From positions 1 through 35,561 of the IMG/VR virus record IMGVR_UViG_3300022218_000009: a stretch of 35,561 nucleotides of DNA. One strand, given 5' to 3'. Both the position numbers and the translations under genes were made by a program. The stretch comes from a virus. Its lineage: Duplodnaviria > Caudoviricetes. A model generated the notes under the pieces. The model ran no database searches, was not told the DNA's origin, and was given only the letters and a program-made list of their open reading frames with translations. Below are positions 9,952 to 18,714 of the stretch, piece after piece (positions within the stretch are counted from its first letter, which is position 1; every line of letters begins with the position of its first letter).

Positions 9952-10392
9952 ATGTTAAAATTAAAACAAGTTTTAGTAGATATAATATCTTTAATAAAAG
10001 ATTTAAAATTTTTATTAGCATTTTTTGGTGTTACAGGAGCAGGTATTGTGAATTTTAGTGGAGAAGCTTTAAACTTTTTTTATACGAACATTCACTTGTT
10101 CTCAGTATTCTCTTTATTCTTAATGCTTATTTATATAGAGATCACTAAACAAACAATGATTAAAGTTCAACAAGCTCAAAATGCAAAGCTATTAGAAGTT
10201 GAAACTAATCAACGTATTAGAGATTTAAAAGCTAGAGTTGATAGTGCTTATAAAGAATATGGTAATGATAAAATAATTGATGGATGGGTTATCAAAGGTT
10301 TATTAGAACTAAAAGATGAACTTGATGAGTTAGGTGTAAATAGTTATACTCAAGGTAAACTTGAGAGTATGATACGTAATATAGAGTATTAG
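9952..10392 (+). CDS. Membrane protein of the lysis cassette (holin/antiholin-like)
   Basis: One or two N-terminal TM segments, coiled coil, C-terminal Y..YG...LGVNSY domain; immediately before the endolysin. Confidence 0.5.
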   Translation: MLKLKQVLVDIISLIKDLKFLLAFFGVTGAGIVNFSGEALNFFYTNIHLFSVFSLFLMLIYIEITKQTMIKVQQAQNAKLLEVETNQRIRDLKARVDSAYKEYGNDKIIDGWVIKGLLELKDELDELGVNSYTQGKLESMIRNIEY

Positions 10393-10394
10393 TT

Positions 10395-10817
10395 ATGTAT
10401 ATGCAACTTGTAAGACCTACTGAGATAGGTGAAAAATCAACTGAGGGACATTTACTTGTTAATGGTACAAGTGAGTGTTTTACACTTGAAGATAAAGATA
10501 GAAAACTTGAAGATGGTGGTGAAAAGATTTATGGTAAAACTGCTATACCTAGGGGTATTTATGATATTAAAATTACTTACTCAAATAGGTTCAAAAAAGA
10601 TTTACCTCTCTTAATAGATGTTCCACAATTTGAAGGAGTTAGAATACACGCTGGTAATTCATCTGAAGATACTGATGGGTGTATTCTAGTAGGAACTGTT
10701 AATAAAGATCCTAATGATGATTGGATTGGAGCATCTAGAAAAGCTTTAGATAGTTTACAACCTAAAATTCAAGATGCTTTAGATAGAGGTGAAGAAGTAA
10801 CTATTGAGATAGTTTAG
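10395..10817 (+). CDS. Putative endolysin, DUF5675 (L,D-peptidase-like) family
   Basis: FTLED...KIYGKTAIPRGIY...VPQFEGVRIHAGN...DTDGCILVG with the His/Cys pair. Confidence 0.8.
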   Translation: MYMQLVRPTEIGEKSTEGHLLVNGTSECFTLEDKDRKLEDGGEKIYGKTAIPRGIYDIKITYSNRFKKDLPLLIDVPQFEGVRIHAGNSSEDTDGCILVGTVNKDPNDDWIGASRKALDSLQPKIQDALDRGEEVTIEIV

Positions 10818-11271
10818 CTAACTTAGCTTTTAAACCATTATTATATTCAATACCTAAATCTTCTATAAAAAGATCTATTAACTTTTTACTATCTTTTTGC
10901 ACTTGTTCATCAAACTCAATTTTAGTATTTTCTACTATTGAGTTATAAGCTTTTTCAAAAGTTTTTTGAGAGTAACTTTTTTTAGTATATTTCTCATTAG
11001 CTATTATTACATTTAAAGAACTGATAGTATCAGACATATTAATAACTAAATCATCATTACTTATTTTCTTTTGAGTATCTAACCATACTCTATTAGCTAC
11101 AGCTAGATTGTCTTCATGTAAACTACACTCATGTTTCTCTAAATGAGTTATAAACTTTCTTATATCTCGTTTTAACTTTGTTACAGGTTTAGTTTCTTCT
11201 TTATGTGTTATATTTTTAAGGAGTTTTCCCATTAATATAATTACCTGGATTATTTGGTTTCTACTTAGCAT
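10801..11271 (-). CDS. Hypothetical protein
   Basis: 156-aa ORF, last gene of the leftward operon, overlapping start/stop with its neighbour. Confidence 0.7.
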   Translation of the reverse strand: MLSRNQIIQVIILMGKLLKNITHKEETKPVTKLKRDIRKFITHLEKHECSLHEDNLAVANRVWLDTQKKISNDDLVINMSDTISSLNVIIANEKYTKKSYSQKTFEKAYNSIVENTKIEFDEQVQKDSKKLIDLFIEDLGIEYNNGLKAKLAKLSQ

Positions 11272-11560
11272 TTTCTAATATCCTTTTTATTTTATTTGCT
11301 TCTCTTTTGAGCATTTTGTTTGTGTTAGCTCTTACCTTTATAAAAGCTTGTTGTAGTATTTGTTCAAAGTTATTTTCTTCTTCATACTTAAAACCTAAAA
11401 CTTCAAATACATCTCTACATCTCTTATTATAAAAACTTGTAGCATCTTTTCTACTCATTCTTTGAGGGATAGATGTAGATCTTTCAGCGTGTTCAAACTT
11501 ATAATCAAAGCTATTAATTTTACACTTCCACTTATACCACTCTTCACCGTGAGTTTTCAT
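11261..11560 (-). CDS. Hypothetical protein
   Basis: 99 aa, ATGA-coupled to the VRR-NUC gene. Confidence 0.7.
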   Translation of the reverse strand: MKTHGEEWYKWKCKINSFDYKFEHAERSTSIPQRMSRKDATSFYNKRCRDVFEVLGFKYEEENNFEQILQQAFIKVRANTNKMLKREANKIKRILENAK

Positions 11561-11877
11561 ATCTCTAACATATCCTCAACTTCTTCAACAGATATAACTT
11601 TTGCGGCTAAACCACCAGCTCTTTTTATCTGTTTTATGTTTCTGTTTTGAAGCGGTTGTTTTTTATCACTTATTCTTCTAGCTTCTTCATCTCTCTTAAC
11701 TTCAGCACCTACAAATACACCAATAGTTTTACCTACCATATCTTGAGTTATCTTTATTGGAACACAAGCTACTATGTCAGTCACACCTGCTTTATTTGCT
11801 TTGATTACCTTTATAGTATATGCTCCTATTGAATGAAAAAAATCAATAATCTTCTTTTGAACATCACTCTCTTTCAT
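11557..11877 (-). CDS. VRR-NUC domain nuclease (putative Holliday junction resolvase)
   Basis: KESDVQKKI...GVTD...FVGAEVK...Q...I..AGG.A PD-(D/E)xK pattern. Confidence 0.85.
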   Translation of the reverse strand: MKESDVQKKIIDFFHSIGAYTIKVIKANKAGVTDIVACVPIKITQDMVGKTIGVFVGAEVKRDEEARRISDKKQPLQNRNIKQIKRAGGLAAKVISVEEVEDMLEI

Positions 11878-12043
11878 CTATACACATTTCTAATAGGTAA
11901 TTAAACTCTTCTTTAAGATGTTGTTTAATTTCTTCTCTCTCTTCTGTTACAAACTCTTCTAACTCACTCTCAGTAAGTTCTAAAGTTTTACCGCTTGATA
12001 AATGTACTGTATAAACACCAGCTCCTTCATAAATCTTAGTCAT
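11864..12043 (-). CDS. Small acidic hypothetical protein (59 aa, MTKIYEGAG...)
   Basis: Read manually; AGGGG RBS; fills the operon gap. Confidence 0.65.
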   Translation of the reverse strand: MTKIYEGAGVYTVHLSSGKTLELTESELEEFVTEEREEIKQHLKEEFNYLLEMCIDERE

Positions 12044-12152
12044 TATATACCCCTGCTATTATTTCTAGTAATACTTTTTTTATTTCATTCTTACCCCATG
12101 AGTTTTTACTCTCTAAAACTTTATAAAAAAGTTGTAATTGTTCTTTAGTCAT
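12036..12152 (-). CDS. Small hypothetical protein (38 aa, MTKEQLQLF...)
   Basis: Read manually; GGAG upstream; ATGA-coupled to the upstream ORF. Confidence 0.55.
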   Translation of the reverse strand: MTKEQLQLFYKVLESKNSWGKNEIKKVLLEIIAGVYND

Positions 12153-12298
12153 TTTCTCTTCTCCAATATATTTTTAGTTTTATAATAAGTTACTAAAAAT
12201 CTAGCGTAACCTATACCTATTGTTTTGCCTTCAAACTCAACAACTCTTAAACCTATAGTTTGAGCTATTTTTATCTCTTCTTCTAAAGCTTTAACCAT
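12149..12298 (-). CDS. Small hypothetical protein (49 aa, MVKALEEEI...)
   Basis: Read manually; AAGGA upstream; overlaps the helicase stop. Confidence 0.55.
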   Translation of the reverse strand: MVKALEEEIKIAQTIGLRVVEFEGKTIGIGYARFLVTYYKTKNILEKRK

Positions 12299-13478
12299 AA
12301 TCTTCCTTCTTATAATACCACTTAGAGGTAAAATTTTTCTTATCTATTGCTACTGCTCTATATACATCTTCATCTATACCACTTAACAAAAAGTGTACCA
12401 CTACTTCTTCTTTTCTAGTAATGAAGTTTAGTTGTCTTCCTATAACTTGTTGATAAGTTGCAGCACTAAAACCCATACTGTAGATTACCATATTTTTAAA
12501 ATGGCTATAATCAACACCATCACTATTTTTAGTAATAGAACCAACATTAGGAAACTTAGTAGCTAAATACTCTTGTTCAGGAATATAATAAGCTAATATA
12601 ATTGTTTCTTCAGGATCAAAGTTATCCATAATATATCTAACTTTTTTAGTTCCTACATCTATAACTTCTGTTTCACTTTCATTCAGATCATTAACTGCAT
12701 TTACATAACCCCCTGATATTTGATGTTTCTTTTGATTTAGTTTACTAGCTGTATCTGCTAATATAGTAAGATCATTACCTGGTAACTCATACATACCGTA
12801 CTTATTTAAAGCTTTGTATAGATCGTCTTGATATTTAGTTAATGGTATATGATGAAGCTTATCAGTAGGTTCAAATTTATGACCTGCTTCTGTTCTAGTC
12901 ATTGATATTTGTAAATGTTCAATATCAGCTAAAACTTTATGATCTTTTACTTTATCCCATTGTTTTACCATTAAATCATTAGCTACTTTTATCTTATAAG
13001 GAATACCATAATCATTATGCCACTTAGAATAAGTCTTATAAGCGCTCCAGGGTGAATCAGGACTGAGTGCTAACATATTAAACAACATAGCATAAGATTC
13101 AGGTGTAGGTGTTCCTGAACTAAATATAATATAATCAGCATTAGCACAAATTTTAGCTATATCTTTCCATATAGTAGATCTTTTAGGATAACCTGTAATG
13201 TATCTATGGCACTCATCTAATATAACTACTTTATAAATAGGTTCAAGTTTACCAGCTTGATGATAGTTAGTTACATTAGGAGTGAATTTTTGAACACCTG
13301 GTATAGCACCTTTTTTAGTGATTATTATAAACTCATTATTGCATAATCTTTGAGCTGCTAATATAAACGCTGCTGTTTTTCCACTTCTTACTTCACCTGC
13401 AAATAAGCATAAACCGTATAATCTAAGTTTTCTAACAATAGAACCAGCTTTTTTAACTTGATGAGGTAGTGCTTTCAT
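12291..13478 (-). CDS. SF2 (SNF2-like) DNA helicase
   Basis: LPHQ Q-motif, GEVRSGKT, ILDECH, SGTP, QQVIGR; start revised to ATG 13478 (ATGA overlap with the upstream small ORF). Confidence 0.85.
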   Translation of the reverse strand: MKALPHQVKKAGSIVRKLRLYGLCLFAGEVRSGKTAAFILAAQRLCNNEFIIITKKGAIPGVQKFTPNVTNYHQAGKLEPIYKVVILDECHRYITGYPKRSTIWKDIAKICANADYIIFSSGTPTPESYAMLFNMLALSPDSPWSAYKTYSKWHNDYGIPYKIKVANDLMVKQWDKVKDHKVLADIEHLQISMTRTEAGHKFEPTDKLHHIPLTKYQDDLYKALNKYGMYELPGNDLTILADTASKLNQKKHQISGGYVNAVNDLNESETEVIDVGTKKVRYIMDNFDPEETIILAYYIPEQEYLATKFPNVGSITKNSDGVDYSHFKNMVIYSMGFSAATYQQVIGRQLNFITRKEEVVVHFLLSGIDEDVYRAVAIDKKNFTSKWYYKKEDYG

Positions 13479-13588
13479 TGTTGTGTTCCATATAATATAA
13501 AAAGTAAAATGACATAAATAACATAAATAACATTTACCCAAAACCACGGATTATCAATAGTAACTTCTTTTAAATTTTTCATATCCAT
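13475..13588 (-). CDS. Small membrane peptide (37 aa, MDMKNLKE...WFWVNVIYVIYVILLFILYG)
   Basis: Read manually; TAATG and ATGA coupling on both sides; one TM helix. Confidence 0.65.
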   Translation of the reverse strand: MDMKNLKEVTIDNPWFWVNVIYVIYVILLFILYGTQQ

Positions 13589-14169
13589 TATATCCACCTA
13601 ATAATAGGTTCACCCTTGTAAGAGTGTTCCCATATAAACCACGCATAAGCAACCGTACCACCCCACTTTTTACCTGTTTTAGGGTTTAACTCTAAACCAT
13701 CTCTCCTATCATCTTGCCTAGCACTAAACACATATACATATTTAAGAGGTGTATTTTTAAAGAAATCTTTTCTAGCTTGACCTTCTAAGAACTGAAGCTT
13801 TAAAAACATAGCTACACCTGTATTAGTCATTGATAGAGATTTTTCTATAAACTCTTTAGCAAACTTATAAGGTGGGTTAGTAATTATCCAATCAACTTTA
13901 CTATCATCTTCAAGAGTTAGAAAATCTTTTACTCTAGTTCTTTTATAACCTCTATGTACTAAATCATAGAATTTATACTTAGCCTCAGGGTAGTATTCTT
14001 TTAGAACATTAGCTATGTGACCTTGACCTACACAAGGTTCAATAAAAGATGAACTTTCAATAGGATAAATATCTAAAAGATCTCTAACACTTTGAGGATT
14101 AGTAGCATAAAAATCATCTACTTCTCTACCATAAGTGCTGTTAGATCCTGCTAATCTACTACCTTTCAT
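13588..14169 (-). CDS. DNA amino-methyltransferase (probably N6-adenine), small phage type
   Basis: DDFYATNP, EPCVGQGHI (motif I), IITNPPY (motif IV); start at ATG 14169 or TTG 14178. Confidence 0.85.
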   Translation of the reverse strand: MKGSRLAGSNSTYGREVDDFYATNPQSVRDLLDIYPIESSSFIEPCVGQGHIANVLKEYYPEAKYKFYDLVHRGYKRTRVKDFLTLEDDSKVDWIITNPPYKFAKEFIEKSLSMTNTGVAMFLKLQFLEGQARKDFFKNTPLKYVYVFSARQDDRRDGLELNPKTGKKWGGTVAYAWFIWEHSYKGEPIIRWI

Positions 14170-14533
14170 TGTTTTCAATCTCCAATAAAAATAACAAACT
14201 ACATATAGCGTGAGCTAAGTGATTCTTACCACTTTCAGGATCAATCTTCTCACCTTGTTGATAAGCTAATATATGTCTTAATGGTGCAGATATATATCTT
14301 TCTTTATCATCTACTTTACTCCAATTTTTACGATCATATTTTTTAGCTCCAAACTCCATAACTTCAGCAACTTCAGATAAAGCATTACCTGTATCAAATA
14401 ATATAGCTAAGTTTACTTTGTTGTTATCAGCTTTGACAAACTCATCTTTAACCTCAGTTACTTTAAATGTGTTATCAGATTTAACATCCTCATTAAAACA
14501 TTCACAACTTGTTCTTTTACATACATCACACAT
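14159..14533 (-). CDS. dATP/dGTP diphosphohydrolase-like (DUF5664) protein
   Basis: V.EFGAKKY...NW...RY....LRH......GE..DPESG..HLAHA.C..LFL signature. Confidence 0.85.
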   Translation of the reverse strand: MCDVCKRTSCECFNEDVKSDNTFKVTEVKDEFVKADNNKVNLAILFDTGNALSEVAEVMEFGAKKYDRKNWSKVDDKERYISAPLRHILAYQQGEKIDPESGKNHLAHAICSLLFLLEIENNER

Positions 14534-15419
14534 TGAATAACCTCACTTTCCATAAGTCACTTCTCTTAGAGTAGCGACATTGATCTAAACCTACTAATCT
14601 TCTAGTAAGAATTGCATCTTCTTTAGTGTAACCTTTACTCTCATAAATCTTAATAACATCATCAAAAGTTCCACCTTCAGGTAAAAGTTTTTCTGCTGTT
14701 TTGAGAGCTACACCTTTAATACCTGGTATATCATCACTACTATCACCAGCTAAACTTTGAAGTAATACCCATCTATTTATCTCTTCAGGTGTATTAACAA
14801 TAACTTTCTTATGTTTAGCATGATAAAAGTATGCAGCAGGTACACCATTAACTACATCTTTATCACCTGAAGCTACAGGATCACCCTTCATAGCATAATA
14901 GTAAACTATATCATCCGCTTCAAAATTTTCAACTACAGTATTATTCTTTTTAGCCCATTTTTTTAATCTTTTTAAAGTAGTTGTTTGAGGTTTGTTTAAT
15001 CTACTTTTTTTATAGTCAGGAAATATATCATATCTGAAGTTCCTAGATGGAGTAAATACTAACTCAAAATCAGTAAAGCGTGGTAAATTACCTCTAAAAC
15101 TCTCTAATTCACATTGTTCTACTACATCACTAACTATCATATTAAAAGTGTTTTTAACATCTTTAAGAGTAGTGCGTTCAACATTACCTTTAAATGAACC
15201 CTCTTCAATAGATTCACCTGGTTTAAAAGCTGGTGAGTATGCAGCATAGTAAAGTAAACCATCTGCATCTATTCTAAGAGTTTTATCATAAATACCGGAT
15301 ACTTCTCTAATCTTAGCACACAACTCTTTTACCTCTTCAGGATCAGTTGTTTGTTCTAAATCATCTAGTAAGAACTTTTCTCTTACTGATACTTTAGGGT
15401 TGTCTTTCCAATAACTCAT
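14526..15419 (-). CDS. 5'-3' exonuclease / RNase H, T7 gp6 / FEN family
   Basis: IDADG, NFR..I.PDYK..R, EADD, DKD, GDSSDDIPGIKGV..KTA (H3TH). Confidence 0.9.
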   Translation of the reverse strand: MSYWKDNPKVSVREKFLLDDLEQTTDPEEVKELCAKIREVSGIYDKTLRIDADGLLYYAAYSPAFKPGESIEEGSFKGNVERTTLKDVKNTFNMIVSDVVEQCELESFRGNLPRFTDFELVFTPSRNFRYDIFPDYKKSRLNKPQTTTLKRLKKWAKKNNTVVENFEADDIVYYYAMKGDPVASGDKDVVNGVPAAYFYHAKHKKVIVNTPEEINRWVLLQSLAGDSSDDIPGIKGVALKTAEKLLPEGGTFDDVIKIYESKGYTKEDAILTRRLVGLDQCRYSKRSDLWKVRLFNV

Positions 15420-15435
15420 TTTTATTTCCTTAAAT

Positions 15436-15534
15436 TTAATTAGCTAACACTAAACCATCTCTTTCTACAAAATACAAGGCTATTCCTACACATATAACTG
15501 CTGATACAATCGTTAAAAATATAACATCTTTCAT
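15436..15534 (-). CDS. Small membrane peptide (32 aa, MKDVIFLTIVSAVICVGIALYFVER...)
   Basis: Read manually; strong AAGGAG RBS; one TM helix; first gene after a promoter. Confidence 0.7.
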   Translation of the reverse strand: MKDVIFLTIVSAVICVGIALYFVERDGLVLAN

Positions 15535-15554
15535 AATTTAACTCCTTATATAAG

Positions 15555-15601
15555 TTAAAGTATATATAAAGTTTTATTAAAGTATGTTTAAAGTTCTATA
15601 C
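15555..15601 (-). promoter_or_regulatory. Leftward promoter with 11-bp-period TTAAAGT repeats
   Basis: -10 TATACT (plus 15559-15564); heptamers at 15555, 15566, 15577, 15588; the box 15577-15601 is 23/25 identical to 20678-20702. Confidence 0.65.
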
Positions 15602-17491
15602 TTTAACACCTAAATCTGCTAAATGTTCTTCACATAATCTTAAATACTTATCATAATCAAGATCTTTAGGTATATTATCTGTTAGATCCATCATAGGTTT
15701 AGCACCTTCAGATTTTGGAACTTTATTACCATTAGTTTTAAATATCATTTTACCATCCATTGAATAGTACCATCTAACCGTTTTACCTAAATACTGAGTA
15801 TCTGATGAAGCTAATACTTGTTCTTTATGGTAGTTATCGTTACGCTTCTCAAGAGCTTTATTTTGCTTTAGTTGTTTATCTATATAGTTGGTGTACTCTT
15901 CAGTATCTTCAAGACTATTACCATAATAATAAACAGCACCACCTGTTACTTTTGTACTAAGTGTAAATCTAGCTACATCTTTACAATTATAAATAGTTTC
16001 TTCCATTGGTATATCTTTAGCTAAATACTCTCTAATAGCTTCAAATACAATAGGATATTCAACATTCTTCATTAATGGTGGTACTGCTTCTTCAGGATCT
16101 ACATAAGAACCCTTTGCTTTAGCTTTACCACCTGGATAAACTGCTACATAGTTATTTACATCTCTAGCAAATAGAGCGTTATACTCTCCAAACTCCATTT
16201 CCATTTTAGTTTCATCTTCCCATTCAGCAACTAATGATCTAAGTGAATCTTCTTGAGATTTTTTAAGTAGAACTTCTACACCATCCGTATTAGATGAAAC
16301 AACTCTCATACCTTGATCTTCAATCATCTCAATAAGCATTAGTAAATATAACTGCCCTGTAAACGTAACAGTTAGAAGTAAATCAGGTGAGTAAAGAAAG
16401 CTATACTTATTACCAAACTTACCATAACTACCATTTAAAGCAATTTTTAGAACATCATTAACAACTTTATTACCTGATCTTTTAGCTTCAAGTCTATCAG
16501 CTTTAATTTTTGCATAAACTTTTAAGAACTTTTTAGTAAGTTGTTTAGGATATAAACCTAATGCTAGTATAAGTGAAGGATAATATGAAGCAACATCAAC
16601 ATTCATAAGCTTCTCATCTTTACCAGGAACTACTACAAGTTGTTTCTCTTGAGAGTGTAAACCACCTAAACCTATATTATAAATGTTTTCACCTAGTTCA
16701 ATAGTAGTATCTTTTAACCATTGAGGTAATAAAGGTGCTCCATTCTCACCTAGTTCAATAGTAGTATCTTCTATCTTATCTACAATATCATTAAGATCAT
16801 CTCTAATAAACCTTACTGATTCAGGAGCTATATAATTAACATTGTTAGCTTTACCTCTTTGAACTTTCACACCTTCTTTAGATAACTCAGCTCTAAATAT
16901 TGCTTCAGCTATTTGAGCATCTGATTTACTCATAACATCAATATCATACTGATTACCTATTTGTTCTCTCAGTTTTAGCATAGGTATAAGTTTATTGTAT
17001 AGATCTAAAGTAGTTATTAAATCGTTTATATTATATTTAGCTACTTCTGCAGCTTGTTCATCAGTTAGTTTAGTATGTGGATCATAAGGTAGATCCTGTA
17101 ACTTCTTAGAGTTTAAACGTGCACCATATAATTTTAATGAAGCTTGTCCGGGTGCAACATCTATTAAATCTATACTCTCAAACTCTTTATTGATATTAAA
17201 CTTTTTGTAAACTTCCCAATATCTAGTTTGAGATTCAATAATAGCTTTAGATTTTCTATAAACTTGAGATACAGAATTTCCTAATAACATATAAGTAAAT
17301 ATAGGATCATCATAAGCTTTAGAGTTGAACCCTACTAATTGATTCATTAATCTTATCATTCTCTTAATATCTTCTTTACTAAAACTATCAAAAGACTCAA
17401 ACTGTTTAACTCTTTTAGTAACTGTACTCATAAACCCTACACACATATAGTTAGGATAACATTCAATATCATACACCCATAAATTATTCAT
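15596..17491 (-). CDS. Family B DNA polymerase with 3'-5' exonuclease domain
   Basis: YDIECYPNY (ExoI), GFNSKAYD (ExoII), YNIND (ExoIII), DVASYYPS (A), K.ALNGSYGK (B), NTDG (C). Confidence 0.92.
   Translation of the reverse strand: MNNLWVYDIECYPNYMCVGFMSTVTKRVKQFESFDSFSKEDIKRMIRLMNQLVGFNSKAYDDPIFTYMLLGNSVSQVYRKSKAIIESQTRYWEVYKKFNINKEFESIDLIDVAPGQASLKLYGARLNSKKLQDLPYDPHTKLTDEQAAEVAKYNINDLITTLDLYNKLIPMLKLREQIGNQYDIDVMSKSDAQIAEAIFRAELSKEGVKVQRGKANNVNYIAPESVRFIRDDLNDIVDKIEDTTIELGENGAPLLPQWLKDTTIELGENIYNIGLGGLHSQEKQLVVVPGKDEKLMNVDVASYYPSLILALGLYPKQLTKKFLKVYAKIKADRLEAKRSGNKVVNDVLKIALNGSYGKFGNKYSFLYSPDLLLTVTFTGQLYLLMLIEMIEDQGMRVVSSNTDGVEVLLKKSQEDSLRSLVAEWEDETKMEMEFGEYNALFARDVNNYVAVYPGGKAKAKGSYVDPEEAVPPLMKNVEYPIVFEAIREYLAKDIPMEETIYNCKDVARFTLSTKVTGGAVYYYGNSLEDTEEYTNYIDKQLKQNKALEKRNDNYHKEQVLASSDTQYLGKTVRWYYSMDGKMIFKTNGNKVPKSEGAKPMMDLTDNIPKDLDYDKYLRLCEEHLADLGVKV
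16689..16770. repeat. 25-bp perfect direct repeat inside the polymerase gene
   Basis: TCACCTAGTTCAATAGTAGTATCTT at 16689-16713 and 16746-16770; the protein has DTTIELGEN twice. Confidence 0.9.
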
Positions 17492-17681
17492 AGTATAACT
17501 CCTCAGTTGATGTATCTAAAAATTCAGCTAACTGATGTATAACTAAGGGTGTAGGGTTTCTTCTTCCATGTAAATAATGATATATACTCATCCTAGTTAT
17601 TTCTAAAGCTTCAGCTATATCCTGAGGTGTTACTTCATTTAGTTCCATATAATACTTTAACTTTTTAATAGATAGTTTCAT
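17484..17681 (-). CDS. XRE-family HTH protein
   Basis: TPQDIAEALEITRMSIYHYLHGRRNP....LAEFLD.S.EEL. Confidence 0.85.
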   Translation of the reverse strand: MKLSIKKLKYYMELNEVTPQDIAEALEITRMSIYHYLHGRRNPTPLVIHQLAEFLDTSTEELYYE

Positions 17682-17875
17682 TTTACTAACCTTACACTTT
17701 TGGTAGCTGGAATAGTTACACCTATTTGATTTAACTCTTTATAATGTTTTCTACACATCATACCGTATAAAGCTTTACTATCACATACTAATAATTTACC
17801 TAATATCTCGTAAAATATTATCTCTTTCACCTTAATCTCACATTTTAAGTTTCTACATTCTTCACACTTCTTCAT
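17678..17875 (-). CDS. Small Cys-rich hypothetical protein
   Basis: CEEC....C ... C ... CRKH; AAGGAG RBS. Confidence 0.65.
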   Translation of the reverse strand: MKKCEECRNLKCEIKVKEIIFYEILGKLLVCDSKALYGMMCRKHYKELNQIGVTIPATKSVRLVK

Positions 17876-17891
17876 CTTATCTTCTCCTTAA

Positions 17892-17933
17892 ATAACCTAA
17901 ATAAGACACTCCTAAAAGTGCCCTATGAAGCTA
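17892..17933 (-). other. Long intergenic RNA hairpin (processing/attenuation site)
   Basis: Minus strand ATAGGGCACT/AGTGTCTTAT stem extended by TAGCTT/AGGTTA, with G-U pairs on the coding strand. Confidence 0.55.
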
Positions 17934-18074
17934 TTTTTCTGCTTCTAAATATTGCATAAAACGCTTTTTACCATATCTTCTAATATTTCTATTATAAGCT
18001 ACAGCTAAAGCGTCACAGATAGTATAATTAACCTTAGCTATTTCTGCCGCTGCAAAACCACTTAAACTAATCAT
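17931..18074 (-). CDS. Small hypothetical protein (47 aa, MISLSGFAAAE...)
   Basis: Read manually; TAATG-coupled to the SSB gene. Confidence 0.55.
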   Translation of the reverse strand: MISLSGFAAAEIAKVNYTICDALAVAYNRNIRRYGKKRFMQYLEAEK

Positions 18075-18712
18075 TATCTTCTACTTCTTCTCGATCTTCT
18101 TGAGCGTTTAGGAGCTTCATCTTCAGCAGCACCCTCATCTTCAGGTTGTAAGTCGTTATCAAAACCTTTAAATGAACCATCTTCAATAGCTTCTACTTTC
18201 TCACCTTCATAAGGGATGAAATCTTTTATCTGAACCTTATTTAGATATAGAGATAAACCGTGTTCTTTCTTTTTACGATTACCCCGTTCCCATATAACAG
18301 CATTACCTAAAGCACGACCTGTAGAACCATTACCAATTAACTTACCTTCAGGTAGTTTTACATTATTACCATCTGAATCAAGAATATTAACTTTTGTTTG
18401 TTTCATTTCTCCGGTTTTTTTATCTTCATACTCAGTTTTAGTTTTATATGTAAAACGTACCATACCAGGTTCAATAGTATCATCATCTTCACTTGTTCTA
18501 TAAAATGTACCAGCTTCTTCACTATTTTTAGGAGCATTTTCATCTAAGAAATCTTCTAACTCAGCTATATAATCTTCAGCTTCTTTTTCAGGAACATCTA
18601 CACAAGTTTGATAATCGTAACCATCACCTTCAAAGTTTTCTTTACCTACACCTGTAACCATTACATACATTAAGTTCCCAATAGGACTTTGTGTTGGAAT
18701 TTTATTTGCCAT
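18074..18712 (-). CDS. Single-stranded DNA-binding protein, T7 gp2.5-like
   Basis: SP.G.L.Y, F..KTK, I.D..G, IGNGS, G.SLYL..VQI..F..Y, acidic C-terminal region. Confidence 0.75.
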   Translation of the reverse strand: MANKIPTQSPIGNLMYVMVTGVGKENFEGDGYDYQTCVDVPEKEAEDYIAELEDFLDENAPKNSEEAGTFYRTSEDDDTIEPGMVRFTYKTKTEYEDKKTGEMKQTKVNILDSDGNNVKLPEGKLIGNGSTGRALGNAVIWERGNRKKKEHGLSLYLNKVQIKDFIPYEGEKVEAIEDGSFKGFDNDLQPEDEGAAEDEAPKRSRRSRRSRR

Positions 18713-18714
18713 AA

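Noticed and set aside
13479-13547. N-terminal extension of the helicase in the ORF track
   Set aside because: Better explained by a separate 37-aa ORF with an ATGA overlap at 13475-13478
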